This document shows, piece after piece, positions 25,713 to 36,645 of a stretch of DNA of 64,000 nt. Numbering within the stretch: the first letter of the stretch is position 1; each line of letters begins with the position of its first letter. The position numbers were made by a program, and so were the translations under genes. The stretch lies in contig JBHGNT010000015.1 of NCBI GenBank assembly GCA_043228905.1, positions 3,534,001 through 3,598,000 of the forward strand, given 5' to 3'. A model generated the notes under the pieces. It was not told the origin of the DNA. It was given only the letters and a program-made list of their open reading frames with translations, and ran no database searches. Source of the DNA: Azolla caroliniana (Eukaryota; Plantae; Polypodiophyta).

Positions 25713-27758
25713 CAAAATCGATTGCATGTTATTATTTCTTAGTTGCAATGCCAAAGTTATCATTATGCGAAGATGCGACAAATTACTAAGGGATGGACTC
25801 ATAGATAATCAATGTCAATCCCATTTGTTTTTTCAAGCGGTACATGTGAAGCAAGGTGATGAATGGATAGTGGATCCTACTAAAATAATTGACATATGTG
25901 TTCATTACTTTAAGGAGCTAATAGGCCCACAATTGTTAATGACAAATGAGGTGAGTAGAGCACGTCATGAGTTTTATGATGTGGTTGGATGTATTGTGCA
26001 TGACCTTAATAGTCATGAATTGGATGCGGATTTCATTGAGAATGAGGTGGACACAATTTTAAGGCATGTTCCTAGTGGTAAGAGCCCTGGTTGGGATGGC
26101 TTGAAAAATGAAGTTTTAAAGCGATATTCACACATTTTAAAGGGGCCCTTAACTTTGATGTTTCAACATTCTTGGGATTCTGGTCGTATGCCTCAAGCTT
26201 GGAAGGTTGGTGTAATTTAATTAGTTCCAAAGGTGGCATCTCTAGAGTCATTTCATCAATGGAGACCTATTTCTTTGATGGGGGGGGGGGGGGGGGGGGT
26301 TATATAAGATATTTACAAAGGTCTTGGCAAATAGATTACAAAAGTATTTGCCAAAGTTGATACATCCCGCCCAATATGGTTTTATTGTAGGTAGGAATAT
26401 ATTGCATAATGTGTTGAATGTTCAAATGGCCATGGATTATGCTCGAAACACTCAACAAGAATTGATTATGGTGCAATTAGATTTGGAGAAAGCTTATCAT
26501 CATGTTAATTGGTCCTTCGTTTTTGGGTTAATGCATACAATGGGCTTTGGACCTCGTATGTCTCACCTCATATTTTTATTAGGACAAGATGCGGTGTCTC
26601 AAGTCATGCTTAATGGAGGAGTTACATAAGATATTGCCCTTACAAGATCCGCTCGTCAAGGATGCCCTATTAGCCCATTGTTGTTTGCTATTGTTACTCA
26701 TCCCTTGTTAGTGATGCTATCAAGGCTTGCAACAAATGGTGATATTGTGGGTCTACACCTTTCGTCTGGAGGGCAACTAGTTGCACAAGCTTTTGCTGAT
26801 GATTCTTTCATTTTTCTACAAGCCTCACGAGAGAATCTTGAGAAGGGATGCTTGTATGGAACCAATTTGCATTGGCTTCCGGATTACATATTAATTGGAG
26901 GAAGTCTAGTCTCATATCATGTACTGAAAGGGATTTGGAATGTTTAGGATGGCAAGGATCCGTGGTGAAGAAAGGTTCTATTTTTCGACACTTGGGCTAT
27001 CCATTAGGAATGAATGTTACATATGGTCAATTGATTGAATTGATGTCTAGTAAGTTGAGGGATAAGTTCATGTATTGGAAATCACAATCTTGGCCATTTC
27101 ATGTACGTTTGAAGGTTGTACAATGTATTATGGAACCTATAATATTATATTACTTGCCATTGCTGATGTGGACAAAGAAGGCTTTGCATTCTATTTTGCA
27201 ACCTCTTTGATATTTGTTGTGGAAGAAAAGGGATAAGATGGGAATCACTTGGGTTGCATGGAATCATCTAGCAACTCCTAAGTGCTTGGGGGGAGCTGGA
27301 GTATTGAACTTATCTAAGCATATGATGGCTTTTAGATTTTCATTATTACAAGACATGTGTTCAAACTCACAACCATGGATATCTATTGTTCAATATTTCA
27401 TTGAGAACAAGGGTTTAACACATGGGAGGACAAAAATTAAGGCTTCATGGTGGCAATTACTAAATGGATGTATTTCACTTGGGATTTTGGGCTCTACATG
27501 TGTTCAACACTTGGTTACCTCATGGCAAGAAGCACTCTTGTTATGTATATGGAAACCATCATCTAGTAGAGAGCATTGTAATTCTTTGCAAAAAGAGTTA
27601 CCTGTGTCTTCTCGGTTTTTATATTGGCCAGGAAAGGAGAGATTATGCTTTCAATTTAATCGTTTGTTTCGTTTGGGGGTCAAAGAGGTGGGAGATATAG
27701 TTGAGGCTCCATCTCAAAGAATTTTGGAGTTTGTTGAAGTATGACAATTATTACGCAT

Positions 27759-28085
27759 TCCGCCTAATTATGGGTTTATTTGGCAGCAACTATGAAATAT
27801 TCCATTGATGCAAGGTCCCTTACCTCTACAAATAGGAGAACAACCGTGGATTGATTGGTGTTTAAAGGGTCAAACATCATTGTTACAAGTGACTACTAGT
27901 CTTTTGTATCAAGTAACTACAAATCTTTTGTATCCGCCTAATTATGGGTTTATTTGGCAACAACTATGAAATATTCCATTGATGCAAGGTCCCTTACCTC
28001 TACAAACAGAAGAACAACCATGGATTGATTGGTGTTTAAAGGGTCAAACATCGTTGTTACAAGTGACTACTAATATTTTGTATCA
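27759..28085. repeat. ~175-bp tandem duplication inside L1 ORF2
   Basis: CCGCCTAATTATGGGTTTATTTGGC...GTTACAAGTGACTACTA occurs twice. Confidence 0.9.
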
Positions 28086-28772
28086 TTGCTCTGTTGAGTC
28101 TCTTGGATGGTTATCATCTAAGGCTAAAGAAGAACGGAGATTACACAAATATGATCATGGGTGGTGGCAAATCTTACAACGTAGTTGGCATTCTAAATTG
28201 CTACTTATAGCAAAGGTCTTCATTTGGAGAGTTTTGATTGGAGGATTGCCTTGGGATTAGCTCTAAAGCGTCGTGGACTAGCAATGGGCAATTGCTTTTT
28301 TTGCATTGTTCAAATGGAAAATAGTACTCATCGATTTATACAATGGCCGATTCATCGAGTTACATTTCTCAAATTTGGCAAGTTTTATCACGGTGTTATT
28401 TGACACCTAGACAGTGGGTGTTTGCACAATTTACACAGGTGGACCCAAGTCAAATATGGTGATTGTTTTTCTATTTTTGAGATATTGGGGATTGCGTCAT
28501 AATTGGAATATGCGCAACACTTTTGTATTCGATGGTAGACATGGAGTGAAAGCATATCTACGAAAGATGAAGGGAGTACTAATGTGGCAATTTTCTTTAT
28601 TGGAGCAAGTGGAAATTTTTTCCGGGGTGGAATGTTCGTCTTGCCTATTGGCAATTCAACATGTTCCATTACCCATGTAGTGTAGTGTAGTTAGTGGGTG
28701 ACCGTACTTCATGGTCACACCCATTGTAAGTAGTGTTTTCTACACACATTTATTAATATAATTGTGTGTTTT

Positions 28773-28776
<4 letters not shown>

Positions 28777-28810
<34 letters not shown>
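28777..28810. repeat. (GA)n microsatellite
   Basis: Directly visible. Confidence 0.95.
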
Positions 28811-28814
<4 letters not shown>

Positions 28815-30150
28815 ATTATTTTGGGACGTCATATATGACCTATGAGGCCAAAAATATTACATTTCACGTGAGTGTGAAAGTGAGTAGCTACTCTCGATGT
28901 TCAAGAACTTTACTGACGAATGTTGCAATCGAGAGTGCACATTGTGGTTGTGAGAGAAATTTGTACAAGGATTGGGCTTTGGTCAGAGATGTGTGGAAAG
29001 CATGGTCAAATATGATCAAAGACAGAGCATTGTATCAAAGTGTGATACGCAGACTCTCGAACTTTTTTAGCGCAAAGTGTGCATAGTCAACCACTCTCAT
29101 GAGTCATCACATGTGCACCAACACCCCGTCTTACATCGTAATGCATTCGAGGTAAGTATGGAAGCAATGGTTCAGATGGAAGCCAACGACATGAGCTCTA
29201 ACATGCATCGATGTGTACAATTTCCCTGTTCTACGAAGAATATGATTTTGTAGTTAGATGCAACATGTGTGGTATAATGTGTGAAGCATGAGCCTCCACA
29301 TTTTTCCCATGTCATGATACATTGAAATTGCAAAAATACCTCATTTACAAAGGAATCTAGTGATGCATCATGAAGCAAATGTGTTGCATCCCATCTACCA
29401 AACCACATTTTCATATCTTGCATCCAACCAGAACACAAAATTTTGCTTTTGTGCATCTTTTAGATCTTTTTTCTTGCTTTCCATGCGATTCTAGGAAGTC
29501 GATGTGAGGGACTTTTTGAACCTTAAGCATGTACTCAACAACTCCTTCCATGGCCATGATCTCAAAGGGAAGTGATCCCCCATCTCAAGGAGGAGGAAAA
29601 TGTATGGCGTTTGTTTCTTAACTCATAGAAACTTTGTAAGAAAATGTTTTCGGACATTTTCAAACTCTTTCCAAGTACATTTAAGGATGTTACTACCCCA
29701 TACTTCCACTCCATAGAGAAGCACCAGTGTCACCAAAGTGTCGAAAAGGTATTCCTTGAGAACCCAACACTTATACTCGCTTTCTCTCCTCTAAGCGACA
29801 TGTAGCACATTCATTCTGTCTATGATTTGATAGAACTTCAAGGCCAAGATATTTGAAGCTTTCCACACATTCAAGTGGGCCAAGCTCATTATTGTACATA
29901 TAGCATGACTTATCGTTTTTTAATTCTTCACAAACATCATCTTTGTTTTAGAGCTATTGACACTTAATTTAGTATGCATGCAAAAGTTTTCCAATGCCTT
30001 CATAAGCTCTTGCACATCTCCTAAAGTATTTGTAAAAAACGCTACATCATCCGCATATAGCAAAAGCATAATGACAACATTGCCAATTGCAACTTCTTCA
30101 ACACCTTCTTCCCTTACAAACTTGACACCATCCTTGCTTAACACCAATAG
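28811..30150 (-). mobile_element. 5'-truncated, decayed RTE/RTE-X-like LINE
   Basis: RT motif LLLYADD...KLSVNSSKTKMM (ORF 29920-30252); the 3' end is homologous to 55210-55495, 48850-49140 and 53880-54140. Confidence 0.8.
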
Positions 30151-30189
30151 TGCTATTGAACAAATCTGAGAGATAGAGAGAGGTTGAGT

Positions 30190-30450
30190 CGCAACATTTG
30201 CAAGAGGGGGAAGGTTTTCTTGGACTCTAAGCTTTCCTAGAGTCAAAGACATTTCTCAACTCTAAGGTTTCCTCAACGCTAAGGTTTCCTTCGGTCAAAG
30301 GGAGCCCTCAACTTTGCCCTCGACTTTGAGGTTCCTCGAGTCCAATCTTTCGTCCAATTAAAGGAATTCCTCAACTCTAAGGTTTCGTTGAGTTCATTCT
30401 TTCCTCAACATTGAGGTTTCCTCAAGTGAAAGGCAGTCCTCAACTCTGTG
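30190..30450. repeat. Degenerate short-unit repeat (CTCAACTCTAAGGTTTCCT-like); related array at ~17000-17150
   Basis: Repeated ctcaa...aaggtttcct units at both sites. Confidence 0.6.
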
Positions 30451-33400
30451 GTTCAACTCTATGAAAACATACATGGGATGAGTAGTATACATTCTATTAA
30501 GGTGGACTATTGGTTAGTTAAGGCCTCATTATCTCGACATATAGGAGGAATGGTAAGAACAAAGTTATTGCTAGAAGGTGATTGTTGGTCAATGTGTATG
30601 GTCCTAATTGCCACTTTCAAGGTGACTTGTCACATCAAACCATGGCCAAATCTCATGACTAAGTGTATAGAATAATCTCAAGAAAGATTGAGTTAAAGGT
30701 TTTTTGTAAATGAGAAAATGACCTTATTTTTTTGTAGATTTTCCTCATTTAAAACTTTGCATCTACTTACCTAGTTATTACCATATGAGAATATTAGGCT
30801 TTCAAATAGCTAGCTTAAATGAAAATGTATCATATTTATGTATGAACATGGAGAAATTTTACAAATTTTGGATTACAATAAACATGGCATGAGGTATATT
30901 TTCAATATATGTACGCTTGATTTGTCAACATATGAATTTACACATAGAGGAGAATAAAGATAACATAATTCATAGAGTTTTTCTTTTTCTTTTTTCCAAA
31001 AAAAACTCTTTCCATTAGTTATAAAATTTTACATATGAGATTAATATATACAAACCCTTGTAGGGACGCGATAGGTCCATCTTATGTGGATGCCCACCAA
31101 CTCAATAAAGGGGGAGGTTGACCATTGCTGGATGAAGGCTAGTTGTTGTCTTTCAACTCCATTGGAGTCACCCTTGAGGCCATCATATTGACTTTTTAGC
31201 GTGGCTACAACTGCACTCCATATCTCTTGCATTAACACATTGGTTGCACAGTTTGGTTGGAGAAAACCCGTCTACATCGTTGTTTCCATAGAGTCCAAAG
31301 AGTTATTGGGCTAACCAATTCCAACACAACTTGAGATTTGGCATTGATAGGAGTTGAGTGGGCATTATCGATGGTGGAGAAAAAAACCTCTTGTGCTTTT
31401 ATCACCAAAGTCATCCCCTCCTCCCGATGCTCGTATCTGTCAAGTGGAGCCTGCCATGATAGCCAACATATATTTCCCCACTTGATTAAGCATTGCACCT
31501 GGCATAATTGCAATAAGCGGCCAACCCCCTGCCATATTCGACGAGACTCTAGGCAGTCCCACAAAGCATGTCAGATTGATTCTATTGCATTTGGGCACGT
31601 TGTACACAATTAGGAGAGCTAAGGTTCCCACGCTGCCAAGTACCAACCGGTAGTGACCAATGTATTAATAGCCATTGGAAAGTGGTGATTCGCCATGCGT
31701 GTTGTTGTTTCCAATTTTTTTCCAAAACTTGGTGATAATTGTGTGAGGAACATGATATGTGTGCTAGACCTTTGCAGTAGCTGGCTCTCGGGCGGTTTGA
31801 GCAACTAGAATATGGCGACCCAATCTAGTTGTGAATTGAAAGAAAGGGATGGGTTTGCTTCCTTGCCCCACGTAAGGATCATGCCATGTCCATTGCAAAG
31901 GGTCCCAACTAACCTTACGTAGCCATGTGTTTTCATGAGTACATATGTGCCAATCTGGTTGTATTTTGATAGGATCAAGATCTGCAATCCATTTATGCCC
32001 AGTATACGCTACTACTCGAATTGCCTTATTCTATGTTAGTGTCTCATTGTCTTGCAATTCAGAGCTTGTGATCCTGTCTAGTGTTTCCCTACCTCTAGGG
32101 ATCAAAGAGCCCTCCTCCTTGTAGCCTATCCATTTCTCTATTGTCGTCCTTTGATTAGCAGCTTCCCTAATCAATATAGTGTTAATGATTTTAGATCTCA
32201 TAGCCCATCCGCCCCTGATTCCATGGAGTATGTTGGCTTGGTCTTGTATTGGCAATGACATAAACCATCTCCAACATTCTATACTTTTTCCTGAACCTTC
32301 CACAATGTATCCCCATGAAAACCCCTTACTTGATCCAATTAGTTGATTAGATTCATCTCTGATACATGGGTTCCATAGGATACGTTGACTAAGCCAAGTA
32401 GGTTTAGAGTTAGGTTGATCGCACTTGAGCCCTCGTCTAATGTCACACCACGCCTTCCATATGGATGCACCGAATCTATCCTCCAATTGGCGGGAGAAAC
32501 TAGGTTTGAGCTCCATGTTCATAATCCATCTAGTTTGGGGTTCCCAATTGGCCCTTTTTTTTTGTTTAAAGTAAGCGAAATGTAACCGCAACAACATTTT
32601 CCAGTAATCATTACCTGGTTGGAATCCTCGCACCACAAATTTGGCGAGTAGGGTTGTTGATTGTGAGAGGGGATCAATAAGATCCAATCCTCCTCTCGAC
32701 TTGGGTGATGTGAGTATAGGCCACGCCACCTTGGCCTGAGTTGCATGATCTTCCTTACCAGACCAAATGTAGTTGCGTACCAATCGCTGAATCTGGTGTA
32801 TACTTTCCTTGGAGATTGTCCAACATGATAGGTTGTACCATGTTTTTGCGAGTAATACCTGATTTGCCACTATGATGCACTCCGCTAGCGAGAGTTTTTT
32901 CGAACTCCAATGTATCAACTTTTGTCGAATGGAGTGAATAACTAGTGCAATCATAGTCTCCGAAGGTATGTTGAACCCAATTTGGAAACCCAAATATTTG
33001 GTGCTCACTCCTTTATTGATCCACTTGAAAGCGAGATGGGGGTGCCACGCAGGATGTGCTTCATGAGAAAGCCATATTGCACAGGATTTGTGCCAATTGA
33101 TCATGGCATTGGATCTCTTGCAAAATACATCTAAACCACTTTTTAGGTAGATTGTGATGTCATCTGCAAATTCTATATCTAGGAAGCTTTGGTGACAATG
33201 CGGCACCCTAAGACCACGTAGGTTTAGTTGTCGCGAGTGGAGAAAACTAGAGAGTGCTTCGTCGTATAATAGAAATAAGGATGGATCCAGTGGGCATCCC
33301 TGTCATACAGACCGTGATATTCGGAAGAAGGGGCCCCTTCCACCTGTTAATTAAACATAACTGTTGGCGTTCCTATAAAGTCCTGCAATGCCTTGGATCC

Positions 33401-34944
33401 ATGACTCTTGAAAGCCGAGTTTCCCCATCACTTTCTAGAAAGTTCTAGCATACCCTGCCATATGCTTTCTCAAAATCTAGGAGCACCACAGCTACCTTGT
33501 TGTTGGTACACTTGGCAAGGGCTACTGCTTCCCAAAATGAGAAAAGATTTTCTAGGATTCTCCGATTTCTAATGAAACCTGTCTGGGACGAATGAATGAG
33601 TTGAGGGAGAAGTGGTGCTAAGCGGCGTGCCACAGTTTTTACAAGCACCTTATAGACAGTATTCAGAAGAGTTATGGGCCGCCACTTACTAATGTCGTTG
33701 GCAGTCCCACCACTTTTAGGAATGAGATGTATCATCCCTTGTCCAAATTCCTCAGGCATATTTCCAGAGGTGATGATCTCCTCATATGCCTCGAGGAGGT
33801 TTTCTTAAATAGTGTCCCAAAGGCACGTTGTCGCGAAGATTCGCGCGTGCGTGTGCTACTCGAGTGACCACCGGGGTCTTGGACTGGGGAGGACGTTTGC
33901 GGAATTATCGAAGAGATGACGATCAATGTAAGATTGGATGAAATTTGTTCACTTGAGAAGTATAAAAATATGAAGAAGATAAAGACGAATATAATTATAT
34001 TGATGTTAGTGGTGTTGGTGATATCACATATTGAGCCCCCCTTTACACAACCTCCACTAGGGTTTTTATAGCTCTCTTCATGCACAAAACCATGGGTTTA
34101 GAACCATGGTTTTGGGGACACGGTTTTGCTTATGACATGCACAATCCATGGGTTTAGAACCATGGTTTTGTGCACATGGTTTTCTATGGTTGTTTCATCT
34201 ATAATTCGTATATGAAAAGGAAATACATAAAATCTACACTATATGATAGTTGTCCTAGTGGTAAGGCAAACATCTTGTACCTTAGGTGCAAGGTTCAAAC
34301 CTTGCTTGCAACCCTCTGTATGAACTCAAGTGCCACTAGGCCATAGGCTTATTTGCTAAGTGCATGTGCAATGTTGCACATCCTTGGTTTATTTGTCTCA
34401 CTCGGTTTCACACCATAGCCGAAAATCGTCACGACATCCACCCCCACCAAATCCGCACATCCTCCGGTACGTGCCGAGAAAGGTGAAGAGGTGAGATCTT
34501 TGGCAACGGTGATCAACCGAGTTCCTCTGCACGCTTGTCGACCTCGTCTAACTTCGTCTTCCATTTCGAGTATGCCCAACCTTTCCAACCGAACCACCGT
34601 AGCCACCCGATCAACCATATCCGCTGCTCATACCTTCTTCCCCGGTCGGTTGTAGTAGATCTACTGAACGATGTCGTCGATCCAACCGCTCTTCCTTCGT
34701 CCACCGCTCGTGTCCTTCGATTGAACTCCTGGCCACTCACCTTCTTCAACTGGGTGTTTTGGATCGTTCGTGTCAATCTCCGATTAGGCCGGGTTTGCCC
34801 TTGTCCAGATCGGTCTTCTCCGATCGCTTCTCGGCTCGGTTGCCTTCGTCTACATTCGCATTTTGCCGAGTCAGGCTCGACCAATTGATTCTGGCTGGGT
34901 CGGCCCCCTTTTGGATTGGGATCGTCCGATCAATTTTTGCCGAA

Positions 34945-35976
34945 TTAGGTTTCAGCCGGGTCGGCCCTGGTCGATCGGCTCCCATGTGGATCTTCCTTTG
35001 TTCGGGCCGGGATCCCGACCGGATCGTCTTTTGGTTCGACCGGTTCTCGACTCTTCCTTCCTTCCCACATGCCACCTCTCCGCCCTGGTCGATCGGCTCC
35101 CATGTGGATCTTCCTTCGTTCGGGCCGGGATCCCGGCCGGATCATCTTTTGGTTCGACCGGTTCTCGACTCTTCCTTCCTTCCCGCATGCCACCTCTCCA
35201 TCGAACTCAACCGCGGCTTCATCCTTGGCCTCCTCATCAACCACATCCTTCCCTCCGTGTATGCTCGCCTCCGTGACTGCCGAAGTCTCTGGAACCGGTG
35301 TGAAGGAATCCCTTCGTTCATGCACATTTACCTTGTCTTCCTCATCGCCCTGCCGGTCCTCCACTTTTCCGTCGACACATTCCGTCTCTCCGGTCTCACG
35401 TTGGCGCACGTGCACAACCGTCGAAGTCTCTAGAATAGGTGTGGGGATATCCTTTCGTCCTCGATCTTCTTCCTCCTTGTGTTGGGCCTTTGTCTTCCCA
35501 TCACCACTTTTCGTCTCTCCAGTCTCACGTTGGCACACGGGCGCAACCGCCGAAGTCTCTGGAACAAGTGTGGAGAAAGTCTCAACATGACTATCCGTCG
35601 TCGACTCGTCCATAGCCACCTCCGACTCGATGTCGTTTGTCATGGCTACTTCCTCAATCACGTTGGACTCAAACACTTTATCTCCCTCAATCATGCAAGC
35701 TTTTCTCATGCTTGCACATTCATCACCCGATGTTTCGTACACAATGTGTGTTCCGAAACATTTATCCTCCCTTGAAGTGGCGTTCACCGTCCTCGAGTCC
35801 TTGGTCGTCGTTTCTTCGTAAGACAAGAAGGTGACTTGTTTCGCACCTTCTCTCTCGATACCGTCATACCGAACCTGAGCCTTTGTATCAGCCACTTCAT
35901 TAACCTGCATTTGTTGGGAGGTCTCTTCTTCCTCGATCACCATTCGCCTCAGTTTTGTCTCCCTTTTAAGTTTCAT
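34945..35976 (-). CDS. 343-aa acidic low-complexity ORF with internal repeats, in frame after a single stop following gag
   Basis: TAA is followed immediately by ATG in the same frame; tandem repeats of ~135 bp (35266-35580) and ~118 bp (34965-35200). Confidence 0.45.
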   Translation of the reverse strand: MKLKRETKLRRMVIEEEETSQQMQVNEVADTKAQVRYDGIEREGAKQVTFLSYEETTTKDSRTVNATSREDKCFGTHIVYETSGDECASMRKACMIEGDKVFESNVIEEVAMTNDIESEVAMDESTTDSHVETFSTLVPETSAVAPVCQRETGETKSGDGKTKAQHKEEEDRGRKDIPTPILETSTVVHVRQRETGETECVDGKVEDRQGDEEDKVNVHERRDSFTPVPETSAVTEASIHGGKDVVDEEAKDEAAVEFDGEVACGKEGRVENRSNQKMIRPGSRPERRKIHMGADRPGRRGGMWEGRKSREPVEPKDDPVGIPARTKEDPHGSRSTRADPAET

Positions 35977-36645
35977 TTATTTTATTGGTGGCATGTTGCT
36001 GCATCTCGTCCCTCTTCGATCGTCCCTCATGGACCGTCTTGTTGTCATCGATATTCTCTCTTGCCCCTTATTGTGTAGTCGGCATACACTTTCCACTTTG
36101 CTCCAATCCTCGATGAGGCCATTTGCACCATCATCTTCTTCAAGTTTGAGGCTGATGGCCATCCTTTCCATTCGATCGATTGACTTCACGAACATAAGAA
36201 CCTTATCGACCCCCACCAATCTTTGTTCCCGCTCCGAGAGCTGAGAAAAACGACGCTCGAAGTCTACGAATGCTTGTGTCGCGCCTTGGTGGGTCTTCGT
36301 CGATGTCACCCATTGGTCGAAGTTGCGTCGGTCTCGTCCCTTCAGTCTCTCATAGCCATATTTCTCCAATAGAGCCTTCTCAAAAGTCGCCCACGAATCA
36401 TGAGCTTCTAGAAGCTCTTTTACATCTTTGAAGATCGGTTGAGACACCACCCGACAAAAGTACTCCAGCCTGAATCCATCTCCGCTTGAATCCATCTCCG
36501 CATTGTAGACTTTTAGAAAACTTTGGACTTCGGCGCCGTTGAAATAGCTCATTCGCTCGACTACCCTCTCGACGGCTTGTTGGGCTTCATTTCGTCTTTT
36601 CCCTTCTCTCAGAAACTCCATCATCCTTTTTGACATTGCCTCCAT
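35977..36645 (-). CDS. Gag (capsid)-like protein of the non-autonomous LTR element
   Basis: FNGAEVQSFLKVYN...SWATFEKALLEKY resembles retrotransposon gag; the ORF starts just after the PBS. Confidence 0.65.
   Translation of the reverse strand: MEAMSKRMMEFLREGKRRNEAQQAVERVVERMSYFNGAEVQSFLKVYNAEMDSSGDGFRLEYFCRVVSQPIFKDVKELLEAHDSWATFEKALLEKYGYERLKGRDRRNFDQWVTSTKTHQGATQAFVDFERRFSQLSEREQRLVGVDKVLMFVKSIDRMERMAISLKLEEDDGANGLIEDWSKVESVCRLHNKGQERISMTTRRSMRDDRRGTRCSNMPPIK

Larger units (their letters stand above)
23384..28765 (+). mobile_element. Decayed L1-clade LINE (ORF1 with zinc knuckle; ORF2 EN-RT-zf); 5' UTR probably continues at ~17325-17640
   Basis: ORF1 CFGCGEWGH; EN motifs GDFN, SRLDR, SDH; RT motifs GKSPGWDG, DLEKAY, RQGCPISP, FADD, HLGYPLG; C-terminal KVFIWR and CFFC. 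Many stops and frameshifts. Confidence 0.92.

Noticed and set aside
26280-26298. Poly-G run inside L1 RT
   Set aside because: Homopolymer expansion or sequencing artefact in a dead element.
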